Shown: piece by piece, positions 28,752 to 38,736 of the stretch
Layout: each line of letters opens with the position of its first letter
Numbering within the stretch: the first letter of the stretch is position 1
DNA from: an archaeon
GTDB lineage: Archaea > Nanobdellota > Nanobdellia > Woesearchaeales > GW2011-AR9
Length of the DNA: 64,000 nt
NCBI GenBank assembly: GCA_018697095.1
Contig: JABHSG010000003.1
Span: 86,895-150,894, forward strand
Reading direction: 5' to 3'
Notes under the pieces: generated by a model
What the model was told of the DNA's origin: nothing
Databases searched by the model: none
Seen by the model: only the letters and a program-made list of their open reading frames with translations
Translations under genes and position numbers: made by a program

Positions 28752-30557
28752 CTAAATTTCCTCATTATTTTCTAATTCTTTTTGTACTGCAAACGCCTTA
28801 AATGGATGCCCTTCTCCTTCAAAAAATAAACTAAAAAACTCTACGTAATGTAAACGTGCAGAGTGAATTGTGCATCCCAAAACATTAAGTGCAAAATTAA
28901 ATGTGTGCCCAAGTACAATCACAAGTAGCCATAATGCTACTCCGATCCACCCAAAACCAAGTGCTTTTTCAGCAACAATGTTCACTGCAAGAGCAACCCC
29001 TGCAGTAGCTAAACTAAGCGCAAGTAGCCGTGCATAACTAAACCAAACTCCAAAAAATCCAGTGATGTCCATTATTCCAAAAATCCCTTTGTCTTTTATC
29101 AAGGCAGCCAAAAGCAAAATCCCAAGTATAATTGCAAGCACATATTGTTTGAAAATAATCAAAATAACAGATAATTGCAATAAAAAGTAAGGTGCCCCTT
29201 TTAGAAATATTACAAATGCACTTCTGCGTTGTAAAATCAGTTGATACAAGTTCAAAACTAATCCAAGGTTAATGTGTATTAAACCAATAACTAGCGCAAT
29301 TTTAAGAATTGTAAATGACCCTTGGAAACTATCAATAAATAAGGGGTTTATGTGAATTAGGTTACCAAAAAAAGAACCAAACAAAGCACCAAATATAATA
29401 GAACTAATCGCACTGCTTCCAAGGATAACTGCCCCTTTTTTGAAAGTTTTTCCAAAATGTAAATACAGGCCTACAACTCCAAGTAATAGTAAAAGTCCAT
29501 AACCAATATCGCTTAACATAAAACCAAAAAAGAAAGGAAAAAAGAAAGTAACAAGTACAGTTGGATCCACCATCCCGTATGTTGGTGTCCCAAACATTTT
29601 AGTTACAAGTTCAAAATTTTTACTAAAAGATGAATTTTCTAATTTTGTAGGAGCTCCTTTTTTAGCAACTTTAACATAAATACTAGTATCTGGAAGGGAG
29701 TCCTTTATCCTATTAACATCCTTTCCCTCGCAGTAACCACTTACTGCAAAAAAGTTTTTAGATTTTGCAAAAAATCGAGTAATATTGTACTGTTCCCTAT
29801 AATTCAAAAGTGAAGCAATCAAAAATTTAATTTTACTTTGTTTCCCATTAATAATTCTGAACAATCGTTTATCAACTTCATCTAATTCTTCAGTAAGTTT
29901 TTGTGTCACATCCTTAAAACGAATCAGTTCTTGAGAGCTCCCACCTTTCAAAAATTTCAAATCAACGATTTTAATTTGACTTTTCTTAATTACCTCAAGT
30001 GCCAGAGCTAAGTTTTTACTTGCAATCTGAACATGATAATAGTACCTTTTAGAATTCTCTCCTTTAACTATTACTTTTTCTATAAACAGCTTCCCTAATT
30101 TCCTGATTTTTTTAGCAGAAGAAAGAACCAACTTATTATTATTTTGAATGTCAGCGTGACTAACGCAAAAAGGTAATGAAGAAAGTATTCTTAATTGCGC
30201 CCCATACCTGGCCTTTTTTGAGGAAGTTTCTTTTTTGCGTGAAACAACCCCTCTTACCTTTTCTAAATGAATATCTATGAATTTTTTTGCTTGTTTCAAT
30301 ACTTTTTCTGCAGGAGGCAAACCTTCCAAGTAAAAAGTATTGTCAACCCCAGTTTCTTTTGCAACGTACTGTAATTTCAAAAGCATTTTACTGATTTCAT
30401 CAACATTTGGCAAACTTTCATCAGGTTGCATCTGTTTTTGATCAACATCGGCTTTTACTACGTGCATTGCTCCAAGGTGCTGCAAAGAATTAATTGTATC
30501 AATTTTATCCTCTTGCTTTGCAAAAACAAGTAATTTGTAGAGTTTTTTTGTTCGCAT
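28752..30557 (-). CDS. atpI: A/V-type ATP synthase subunit I (a).
   Basis: 601 aa with a soluble N-terminal half and a polytopic C-terminal half; operon position. Confidence 0.8.
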   Translation of the reverse strand: MRTKKLYKLLVFAKQEDKIDTINSLQHLGAMHVVKADVDQKQMQPDESLPNVDEISKMLLKLQYVAKETGVDNTFYLEGLPPAEKVLKQAKKFIDIHLEKVRGVVSRKKETSSKKARYGAQLRILSSLPFCVSHADIQNNNKLVLSSAKKIRKLGKLFIEKVIVKGENSKRYYYHVQIASKNLALALEVIKKSQIKIVDLKFLKGGSSQELIRFKDVTQKLTEELDEVDKRLFRIINGKQSKIKFLIASLLNYREQYNITRFFAKSKNFFAVSGYCEGKDVNRIKDSLPDTSIYVKVAKKGAPTKLENSSFSKNFELVTKMFGTPTYGMVDPTVLVTFFFPFFFGFMLSDIGYGLLLLLGVVGLYLHFGKTFKKGAVILGSSAISSIIFGALFGSFFGNLIHINPLFIDSFQGSFTILKIALVIGLIHINLGLVLNLYQLILQRRSAFVIFLKGAPYFLLQLSVILIIFKQYVLAIILGILLLAALIKDKGIFGIMDITGFFGVWFSYARLLALSLATAGVALAVNIVAEKALGFGWIGVALWLLVIVLGHTFNFALNVLGCTIHSARLHYVEFFSLFFEGEGHPFKAFAVQKELENNEEI

Positions 30558-30597
30558 CGAAAATATCTTCTTTCAACATTTTAAAATCCCAAAAATT

Positions 30598-30972
30598 TTA
30601 ATTTGAAAAAGAAACCTCCTTAATTAATGTCTGACAAAGCTCTTTAGCAAGTTTTCTAGTATCGTTATTTAGCATTTCAACTTTTTTAACGTGCTTTTTC
30701 CCATTAGTCAGAATCAGTTCTGCCCTAGAATCACTCTCGGATTTGGCCAAGTCAAGTTTTTCCTTTGCATTTTTTTTTGCTAAAGAGACAATCTTAAAAT
30801 GAGTTTTTTGCGCAGCCTTATCTGCAAGTAGAATCTTATTTTCAGCTTCAAGCGCCGCTTTAGCAAGTTTACTCTCCCATTTAGCTTCTTGGGAAAGCAC
30901 ATCTCGCGCCCCTCTCTCTAACATATCAATCCCAACTGTCCAACCCCCCTTTAAAAAGCTTACGCCAAGCAA
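30598..30972 (-). CDS. atpH: A/V-type ATP synthase subunit H (the real start is probably the internal Met at about 30927).
   Basis: Small Ala/Lys/Glu-rich coiled-coil; first gene of the operon. Confidence 0.5.
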   Translation of the reverse strand: MLGVSFLKGGWTVGIDMLERGARDVLSQEAKWESKLAKAALEAENKILLADKAAQKTHFKIVSLAKKNAKEKLDLAKSESDSRAELILTNGKKHVKKVEMLNNDTRKLAKELCQTLIKEVSFSN

Positions 30973-31095
30973 GGGAGATATAGAATTATTTTACTAGAGG
31001 TTTAGATACTATTAAATACGTAAAAAGAACAATTTAGCTATACACGCGAGGGTCAATCCCCAAAATAAAACAAAAATAATTGAGGTGTGTAAAAG

Positions 31096-32271
31096 ATGGA
31101 TAAAAATAACAGAATAAACAATTTTTTAATAGCAATTGTTGCAGTGGTAGCAGTTGTTGGACTAATCTTAAATTTTGGAGGAATTGACTTACCTTTAGGT
31201 GATGGTGATTCTGCAATAGCTGGAGAAGCCTTCAGAACAGCCAGTCATTCTAAACTAAATATTAAATCAGAAGCATCAAAAACAAGTTCAGTAGAAGAAT
31301 TCACTTACTCCATGACAATTTTTATAGAACCAAGTTTAACTAGCAATGTACTAAAAAGAGCCACTTTTAACAACCTTGAGTCTGCAAGCGTTGGAGAAGT
31401 AGGTACTACTTTATATTTTGAAGATGGATCTAGTCAGATATTGCCAGGTGATCACGCTTTGTCTTCTTTAACTGCAACTGAAGCTAAAGCAGTATTTGAT
31501 AATTTTGTTGAAGCTAAAGATAGTTTTCTTAAATTAAATCGTGTTACAAAAATGGTGGAGTCAGGCCCAGATGGCCAAATGATCTTCTCAGAGGCATTTA
31601 CAAACCAATTTTCAGATATTTTAGGTGCAAATGGCTGGCCCAACTTAGCTGATACAGCCAACCTTAATTCTTTAATTGGTGAGGCATATGGTACAGGATA
31701 TGGTAATAGTATAATGACAACCCTTCCAAGTTACATGACTGATGTTGATTCCATGATCTCTGACATGTTTGCAAGGTCAGCCGTAGGAATAGGCGGCGGC
31801 AACGGTTATATTAATGGGAAAGTTTCTAATGGAGATTATACTCAATGGGTTAGTACTGATAGTAATGGAAATATTGTCGGCGGAACAGACACTATTTTGC
31901 ACGAAGATGGATCAACTAGTAGTTCTTCTTGGACAGATAAAAATGGGAATGGCAAATATGACCCTGGAGAAGATGATGAGAAAAGTGCTTGGGACAAATT
32001 TGTAGATTGGTTAAGTGGTGAAGGGATCACTGCAGAATCAGAAGGCGGGATGATGTTTTCAAGTAGTGAATTCGATAATTTTATGGGGAGCTTAATGGAA
32101 GAAGCAATCGCTAGTCAAGCACAAGATCTAAGAGATAACTATGCAAGCTACATTAGTGGTTCAATGTCTAAGTCAGAATTCGAAACACAGTTTACAACAC
32201 AATTGAATAATTATGCGTTCGAGCAAGGTGTTAGTCAGAACTTTAATTTCAATCAAGTGAGTATCCGCTAG
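31096..32271 (+). CDS. Secreted or surface Gly/Ser/Asn/Asp-rich protein with an N-terminal TM/signal segment.
   Basis: Hydrophobic N-terminus (FLIAIVAVVAVVGLIL) and low-complexity acidic segments. Confidence 0.4.
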   Translation: MDKNNRINNFLIAIVAVVAVVGLILNFGGIDLPLGDGDSAIAGEAFRTASHSKLNIKSEASKTSSVEEFTYSMTIFIEPSLTSNVLKRATFNNLESASVGEVGTTLYFEDGSSQILPGDHALSSLTATEAKAVFDNFVEAKDSFLKLNRVTKMVESGPDGQMIFSEAFTNQFSDILGANGWPNLADTANLNSLIGEAYGTGYGNSIMTTLPSYMTDVDSMISDMFARSAVGIGGGNGYINGKVSNGDYTQWVSTDSNGNIVGGTDTILHEDGSTSSSSWTDKNGNGKYDPGEDDEKSAWDKFVDWLSGEGITAESEGGMMFSSSEFDNFMGSLMEEAIASQAQDLRDNYASYISGSMSKSEFETQFTTQLNNYAFEQGVSQNFNFNQVSIR

Positions 32272-32287
32272 AAAAAACTTTATTTTT

Positions 32288-34432
32288 TTATTTTTTTACT
32301 TTCTTTTCAACTAACTTAGCTTTCTTAATTATCATCTTTCCGCTACATGAAGAATCCATTACTGTTTCACCCTCCAAGATTTCAATCCTACCAAAAGAAA
32401 ACAGTGGCCCATCAAGTACTAAACTCTCAAATTCTCCACCTTCTCCAGCAACATTTATCCCAGGCATCACTGATAAATCAGAAATTAAAGAATCATCAAC
32501 TACCCTACCTAAAAAAGACGAATTCAATCCATCACCAGCAACTGCAACTAGTATTGCATTAAACCCACTATTAACAACTTCGCGCATGTGAACATCTTGT
32601 GGTTTATGCCAAAGTGGGTTAAAAACCTTAATTCCAATCTCATCGCAAATTTTCTCGATTCTATCACGTTGATAATTACTAAATAGTGCACCAGTCACAA
32701 TCCCATTAATCCCATGTTCTTTAACTGCAAGCTCAATAGCTTTTTTCAAATCGAGTAACTCTTCTTCTTTAACTCCTAGGCAATCATAAACTAGTAATGG
32801 CAAACCCATAGCCTTTGCCTGCAAATCAATAATTTCGCTGCCGGCACTTTGAAACATATAAGAATCTAAATTTTTACTTTGAATATAAATCAAACAAGAG
32901 ATCAAATAATTTTGCTCTTTCATAATCCAAGCAGCACTAGCTGAATCTTTACCACCACTAAATAAAACTCCTAATTTCAAATTATGTCTAGGATAAAAAT
33001 CACTCAAGTAATTACTAACGCGTTTAAAACCAGCATTGCGTGACAATTTCTGGATTCCATGATGGATTCTTGACCCGTACTGTGCAGCCTTTTTACCTCG
33101 AAGTGCAAACTCGAAGGGCATCCCACTTTCAAGTGCAATTTGCCTAAATATCCATTTACTAACTAATACTTTCTCTCCATCTGCCTTTCCTACTTCTTCA
33201 ACAATTTTATACTTAGAAGGGATCTTCAAACAATATTCAACTAGATTATGATCTAAAAATGGAACTCGCAATTCTAAATTATTCTCCATTGTCAAAACAT
33301 CATCACGATACAAATCTCGCTCATACATTTTACGGAGCCCAGATAGACATTCTTTATTCACATCAGTACTATTCAGGTGCCGATTATATCCTGCATATAT
33401 CTCCTCGCTACCAAGCCCAGAAAAAATAACTTTGCACCCATCACTTGCAGCTTTTTCACTAGCTATAAAAAAAGTAGTTGCAACTCCAACTTTCACAACA
33501 TTATTATCTTCAATAAGCGGAACTACCTTTTTCAAATATCTTTCAACATCATCCAATCCAATTTGCACAATTTCTAATTTAAGCCCTAACTTTTCAGCAG
33601 CGAGTTTAGACATTACTAAGTCTTCAGGCTCTTTTGTATGCATCGGGTCATCAATTGCCGCAGTATAACAAGTAAAATCTACTCCAAGTTCCAATAATCT
33701 AATAGCGATGTATGTGGAATCAACACCACCAGAAAACAAAAGACCAATTTTCACTCCAGTAGGAACACGTTTTAAAATAGCATTATCAAGTAAAGATTTA
33801 ACTTCATCTTTCAAAACACCAATTTCTAAAGAACTTTCAGGTAAAATATCGAAAAAACCCCTTACTCCTTTAGAAAATTTATTTTCTTCAATTTCATATA
33901 CTAAATGATGACGGGGGTTTAATTCCTTCACATCAATATAGTCCATGGCTTCAAGAGCTTTTTTTTCAGATGCAAATGCAAACCCTGAATCATCATAAAA
34001 ATAAAAAAGTGGTTTTACACCAATAATATCGCGTGCTAAAAAAACTCTGCCTGCACGTAAATAAGCAAATGCAAATACTCCATCAAGTTCCTTAAGTCTT
34101 GAAGAAATATCTTCAAAAGCGAGTGAATCTAAATATGCAAGTAAAACTTCAGCATCATTTTCTCCCAAAAGATTATATTTCAAAGCTAATTCTTTCCAAT
34201 TATAGATTTCGCAATTTGCAACCAAGACACTTTTTCCATCAAGTGATTTTATTGGTTGAGGAACATGACCTACAATCGCGTGCAAACAGTGACCAATGGC
34301 ATAACTCTTATTTTCACTACTCTCATCATAAATTCCTTTAGCATCAAGACCACGATTAGATAGTACTGATAGAGCCATAGCTACTTGCTCCTTAGCATTT
34401 TTATCATGAAAAACTCCAGTTATTCCGCACAT
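32288..34432 (-). CDS. Tri-domain protein: N-terminal class-II glutamine amidotransferase (MCGI), asparagine-synthetase-like PP-loop domain (SGGVDS), and a C-terminal Dph6/MJ0570-like PP-loop ATP-pyrophosphatase domain (SGGKDS...GEGGEFES).
   Basis: N-terminal Cys2 (MCGITGVF); LFSGGVDSTYIA; C-terminal GVLFSGGKDSASAAW, GALFSNYQRDRIEKICDEIGIKVFNPLWH, AGEGGEFESLVLDGPLF, SGKMIIKKAKL. Confidence 0.6.
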   Translation of the reverse strand: MCGITGVFHDKNAKEQVAMALSVLSNRGLDAKGIYDESSENKSYAIGHCLHAIVGHVPQPIKSLDGKSVLVANCEIYNWKELALKYNLLGENDAEVLLAYLDSLAFEDISSRLKELDGVFAFAYLRAGRVFLARDIIGVKPLFYFYDDSGFAFASEKKALEAMDYIDVKELNPRHHLVYEIEENKFSKGVRGFFDILPESSLEIGVLKDEVKSLLDNAILKRVPTGVKIGLLFSGGVDSTYIAIRLLELGVDFTCYTAAIDDPMHTKEPEDLVMSKLAAEKLGLKLEIVQIGLDDVERYLKKVVPLIEDNNVVKVGVATTFFIASEKAASDGCKVIFSGLGSEEIYAGYNRHLNSTDVNKECLSGLRKMYERDLYRDDVLTMENNLELRVPFLDHNLVEYCLKIPSKYKIVEEVGKADGEKVLVSKWIFRQIALESGMPFEFALRGKKAAQYGSRIHHGIQKLSRNAGFKRVSNYLSDFYPRHNLKLGVLFSGGKDSASAAWIMKEQNYLISCLIYIQSKNLDSYMFQSAGSEIIDLQAKAMGLPLLVYDCLGVKEEELLDLKKAIELAVKEHGINGIVTGALFSNYQRDRIEKICDEIGIKVFNPLWHKPQDVHMREVVNSGFNAILVAVAGDGLNSSFLGRVVDDSLISDLSVMPGINVAGEGGEFESLVLDGPLFSFGRIEILEGETVMDSSCSGKMIIKKAKLVEKKVKK

Positions 34433-34482
34433 AAGTTCTAATTTACCTCTATTTTTATAAAACTACATCTTACTAATCAACC

Positions 34483-34941
34483 ATGCCAACATACCCAGAA
34501 TCAAATGACGAATTTTTAATCAAAGAAAGTTTCAAATGCACTTCTTGTGGAGAATGTTGCCGCCCAATTGTTGTAGTTTCAGAAGACGACATAAAAAAAA
34601 TAGAGTTAACAGGATTAAAGCGCCAGAATTTCATTTCTCATGACTTCACTCAAAAGGACATAAATTTTCAAAAACTTTTGAACGAAGTGAACAAAGGCTT
34701 AGAAATTCTTCCAGAATTTCAAATAACACTAGTGCAAGAGAACGGAGTATGTATTTTTCTAAAAAAAGATCAAAATAAAAAAGATCAAGGCCACCAAGGA
34801 AAATTCATTTGTTCAATTTACAATCACCGCCCAGCAACCTGTAAAAATTATCCATTCATACAAAAAAGCAAAAAATTAACAGACTGTAGGCCACCAAGAT
34901 GGAAATATTGGGCGCCCCTAAAAATTCTAGTCAGAAAATGA
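34483..34941 (+). CDS. YkgJ/UPF0153-family CxxCxxCC putative Fe-S/zinc-binding protein.
   Basis: CTSCGECC motif plus distal Cys residues. Confidence 0.5.
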   Translation: MPTYPESNDEFLIKESFKCTSCGECCRPIVVVSEDDIKKIELTGLKRQNFISHDFTQKDINFQKLLNEVNKGLEILPEFQITLVQENGVCIFLKKDQNKKDQGHQGKFICSIYNHRPATCKNYPFIQKSKKLTDCRPPRWKYWAPLKILVRK

Positions 34942-34974
34942 TCACAAACAAACAGAAATAAAGTGACAATAAAT

Positions 34975-36072
34975 TCAATGAATATGTAGTTCTAAAATAT
35001 CTCCATCTTTTAGAACGTGATGGAGCATCAGTCTTTGACCAGCAAATTTAGCACTAGGCCCCCAAACCCTTGCAAATTTAAATTTCTTCACAAAATCCTT
35101 ATGTAACTTATGGCAAACTCCCCGAATAGACGAATCCCGTGTAATTATCAACGGAATTTCCATGTCTGCATCTTTTCGAGGTTCCTTCATGTAAATACGC
35201 ATAAAATCCAAATGCTCAAACACCAAATCTTTTAATTTTTCAATATTCCACCCAGTATGTGCACTAATAGCGATGTCTGCATGAACTCTTTTCATAATTT
35301 TTTTTAATTCAACTTTAGTCACTAAATCTGCTTTAGTAACACAAACAACAGAAGGCAAATATTTTTTATTTCCTTCAATTACATCGATGAAATCATCTAC
35401 ATCAACTTTAGAACGAATCAAAACATCAGCGTTATTAACTCTAAACTGTCGAAGGATTCTTTTTAATGTATCATCATCAACATCTAATGGGACGGTTTTA
35501 CCAATTTGAATTCCACCACGTCCTTTTTTAGTAATCCACACATCTGGTTTACGTTTATTCATTCGAATATGCGCTTCTCTGGCTTCTTTAACAACTGCCT
35601 CGTACTGTTGAGGTTGTGTAGCATCAACAACTAAAAGTATCATATCAGCATTTCGAATTACAGTTAATACTTCTCTACCTCTTCCTTTTCCAGAGGCTGC
35701 TCCAGATACAATCCCTGGAACATCTAAGATTTGAATTTTTGCTTGTTTGTGTTCCATCATCCCAGGTTCAACTGTGAGTGTTGTAAATGCGTAGGAGCCA
35801 ACTTCTGACCCTGCCCCTGTAAGTTTGTTCAAGAGAGTAGATTTTCCAGTAGAAGGGAACCCAAGCAAAATAACTGATCCATCTCCTGATTTACGCACGG
35901 TAAACCCATAGTCACTTTGCCCAGTTTTTTGTGCTGATCTTTGAGCTGAAGCATCCTTTAACTGGGCAATTTTTGCCTTTAAAATACCAATATGGCCCTG
36001 AGTAGCTTTATTGTATTTGGTCTTCTTGATCTCTTCTTCAAGCGCCTTTATCTTATCATCATATTTTCCCAA
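34975..36072 (-). CDS. Developmentally regulated GTP-binding protein (DRG/Obg-family GTPase with a TGS domain).
   Basis: G1 GFPSTGKST, G3 DVPGIV, G4 region, and a C-terminal TGS-like domain (...LVLKDGDILELH). Confidence 0.8.
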   Translation of the reverse strand: MGKYDDKIKALEEEIKKTKYNKATQGHIGILKAKIAQLKDASAQRSAQKTGQSDYGFTVRKSGDGSVILLGFPSTGKSTLLNKLTGAGSEVGSYAFTTLTVEPGMMEHKQAKIQILDVPGIVSGAASGKGRGREVLTVIRNADMILLVVDATQPQQYEAVVKEAREAHIRMNKRKPDVWITKKGRGGIQIGKTVPLDVDDDTLKRILRQFRVNNADVLIRSKVDVDDFIDVIEGNKKYLPSVVCVTKADLVTKVELKKIMKRVHADIAISAHTGWNIEKLKDLVFEHLDFMRIYMKEPRKDADMEIPLIITRDSSIRGVCHKLHKDFVKKFKFARVWGPSAKFAGQRLMLHHVLKDGDILELHIH

Positions 36073-36518
36073 AGTAATACCTGTCTTTATTCAGAAAACA
36101 CCCTTTCTTAAACTTTTGTAAGCATTTAAAGCAAGTCCAAAAAAATTAAGCATAGAAATTAAAACAAACAATGCCTATCCAAAAAAGGAAACTCTAGTCT
36201 TAATGATCACTAATATAGAACAAACATCCATTTTCCTTTAATACTAATTCTCTTAAGCCTTATTATCAAGAGGTGATATTTATGTCTGAAAATAAAATAG
36301 TCAATTGTAATAAATTCAATCAGCTTCCCAAAAATATTTTAACACCTAGTATGCAAAACAAACAGATTTCACTAATTCAATCAAATAAAAATCCATTTGC
36401 AAAGAAAATAAACATTATAGAACACCCTCGTACAATCCATCATTTAGATTTTTTTTAATATAATAAGGTGCATTGTCAAAACTAAAATGTTATAAAGCAT
36501 TTTTGCTTTCTTCTTGTC

Positions 36519-37919
36519 ATGGATGTTATAACAATCACGCTTCTATTTGTCGGTTTGATCCTTTTCTTTGGTTCTTTCGCAGAATTCATTTTCAAGCGGT
36601 TTGGCATACCTGATGTACTCTTTTTGATAATTTTAGGTTTTATCATCGGCCCATCAGCACTTGGTTATGTTTCTCCAACTGACCTTCAAATAATTGCCCC
36701 GATATTCACAACATTCACATTAGTATTTTTACTTTTTGATGGTGCTTTTAATATTAATTTAGCTTCTTTAATAAAAGAATTCACAGATTCAATAGTCCTT
36801 ACTGGCTGGAATTTTTTCATCTCAACAATTGTCGTAACTTCAATAATGTTACTTTTTGGTTTTGATTGGAAGCTGTCTTTACTCGCTGGCTTTACTTTAG
36901 GTGGGGTATCATCATCCTTTGTAATTCCTGTTTTAAAGCAAATGAACCTTTCTCCCAAAATATTTTCTCTACTCACACTTGAATCAGCTTTAACTGATGT
37001 GTTCTCTATTGTTTTTTCTCTTGCAGTAATTCAATTTATGCAGTTAGGAGACTTTGGTTTGCAATCAACCTTCACCCAAATAGTGGCGCTTTTTGCAGTT
37101 GGTGCAGCAATGGGGATAGTTGCAGGAGTATTGTGGTTTATCCTTGTTGTAAAAGTTTTCAAAGAACATAATTATATGTTAACAATTGCTTACCTTTTGG
37201 TAATTTTTGTTGTAACTGAATTTTTACAAGGAAGTGGAGCAATAGCAGCTTTATTTTTTGGCCTAGTATTAAACAATTCTAGAAAAATTTCTTCGATTTT
37301 AAGGGGGATCACTTCAACTGATGCTGTAAAAAAAGAAATGGCTATCAAAGGAGATCTAGGAATATCAATTACTACTAGAAATGAGGAATTTTTTTACAAT
37401 CAAATCTCGTTTTTCCTAAAAACATTCTTCTTTGTTTATATTGGGATTCTAATTGACATAAGAGATACAAAAATATTAATCATTGGTATTTTAATCAGTG
37501 TCGCAGTGATGCTTTCAAGGAGGTCTTCAATCATTCTTAAAAAAATAGTAGGTCAAGAACATAAAGGCATAATCGATAGTATGTTTGCACGTGGCCTTGC
37601 AGCAGCAGCAATTGCTCAAATTGCTGTACAAAGTGAATTACCTGGAGCAAAAGAATTAGCTTCAATTGCTTATGTGGTAATCACAGGGACCATTATCTTA
37701 GCTTCAGCAAACATTTTCATTGATAGATGGCGTGCTCCAAAAACACAAAAAAAAGAAGACATAAAAAAAAACCCTATTCAAAAAAGAATTGAAGCGACAA
37801 ATCAAGCAATAAAAATAAAAAAACAAGAAATAACTAAAAAAAGTAAACGAAAAAAATCAAGGGCAAGCAAAAAAGTAATAAAAAAAGTAAACAAAAAAAC
37901 TTCAAAAACCAAAAGATAG
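36519..37919 (+). CDS. Cation:proton antiporter (NhaP/CPA1-like) with a Lys-rich C-terminal tail.
   Basis: 10–12 TM helices, the typical N-terminal pattern, and a C-terminal KKxKKK tail. Confidence 0.55.
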   Translation: MDVITITLLFVGLILFFGSFAEFIFKRFGIPDVLFLIILGFIIGPSALGYVSPTDLQIIAPIFTTFTLVFLLFDGAFNINLASLIKEFTDSIVLTGWNFFISTIVVTSIMLLFGFDWKLSLLAGFTLGGVSSSFVIPVLKQMNLSPKIFSLLTLESALTDVFSIVFSLAVIQFMQLGDFGLQSTFTQIVALFAVGAAMGIVAGVLWFILVVKVFKEHNYMLTIAYLLVIFVVTEFLQGSGAIAALFFGLVLNNSRKISSILRGITSTDAVKKEMAIKGDLGISITTRNEEFFYNQISFFLKTFFFVYIGILIDIRDTKILIIGILISVAVMLSRRSSIILKKIVGQEHKGIIDSMFARGLAAAAIAQIAVQSELPGAKELASIAYVVITGTIILASANIFIDRWRAPKTQKKEDIKKNPIQKRIEATNQAIKIKKQEITKKSKRKKSRASKKVIKKVNKKTSKTKR

Positions 37920-37926
37920 CAGCAAA

Positions 37927-38436
37927 ATGGGCATCCTAACAATTTTCACGTTTCTCATAGAAAAATTCATTGATGCAGTTGGTATTTTCGTTATTGGTTT
38001 TACTTTGGCAGTAATAATAAAAGGGTTTACTCGTAAAATTCTCCAATATGTCAAACTCAACAAATATGCTAATCTTGCTGGTATTACAATGGATTTAGAA
38101 ACAGATATTGCTAATATCTTATCTTATGCGTTATATGCATTAACTCTTTTATGGTTGGTTAAAACAATCCAAATCGCAAGGTTCACCCTTTTGATCATAA
38201 CTTTCATAACTGTTCTTTTGATAGGCTTCACTCTTATTTCGCATTCTAAGGACTTACCATTGAACCTTTTTGGATATTATAAACTAAGGAAAAACAAAAT
38301 CTTTCGTAAAGGAAAATTTATCCAAACAAAACAAATTGATGGAGCAGTAGTAAAAACAAGTCTGACTCAGACAATCATTAAAACAAAAAATGGAGATATT
38401 TTCTATGTTCCAAATTATGCATTTTTTGGAAAATAA
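37927..38436 (+). CDS. Small membrane protein with an MscS-like C-terminal motif (mini mechanosensitive-channel-like).
   Basis: TM helices; the C-terminal TIIKTKNGDIFYVPNYAF resembles the MscS T-I-x-T-x-DG-x-x-V-x-IPN block. The ORF ends right after it, so it is truncated relative to MscS. Confidence 0.3.
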   Translation: MGILTIFTFLIEKFIDAVGIFVIGFTLAVIIKGFTRKILQYVKLNKYANLAGITMDLETDIANILSYALYALTLLWLVKTIQIARFTLLIITFITVLLIGFTLISHSKDLPLNLFGYYKLRKNKIFRKGKFIQTKQIDGAVVKTSLTQTIIKTKNGDIFYVPNYAFFGK

Positions 38437-38478
38437 CTTATTTATTACAACTACGTTGCTTAATTTAATCTAGAAATA

Positions 38479-38730
38479 TTAAGCAAAACTTTCAAGAAAA
38501 CTAATTAATTCCCAAACCTGGGATCTCAAATGTGATGGCATTCCTTGCAGATCTAATTCTTCAAGAGCGTGTACTCCTTTTTGAACTCTCAATTCTAAGT
38601 CTCCTTTGAGTAAAGTAGAAATTGCAGTTAGTCCTTCGCCAAGTTTTTTACTGCAGTCTTGGTCTTCTTTAAGAATTTCAATAAGTTCCAAAGCCTCTGC
38701 AATTTGATTTTCCATGTTATATTCTACCAA
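38479..38730 (-). CDS. Small helical hypothetical protein (83 aa).
   Basis: ORF in the conserved prefoldin/RpoP neighbourhood. Confidence 0.35.
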   Translation of the reverse strand: MVEYNMENQIAEALELIEILKEDQDCSKKLGEGLTAISTLLKGDLELRVQKGVHALEELDLQGMPSHLRSQVWELISFLESFA

Positions 38731-38736
38731 AAACCC

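Noticed and set aside
36073-36518. Long AT-rich intergenic region considered as a replication origin.
   Set aside because: No ORB-like repeated elements recognised, and no adjacent orc1/cdc6 gene in the window.
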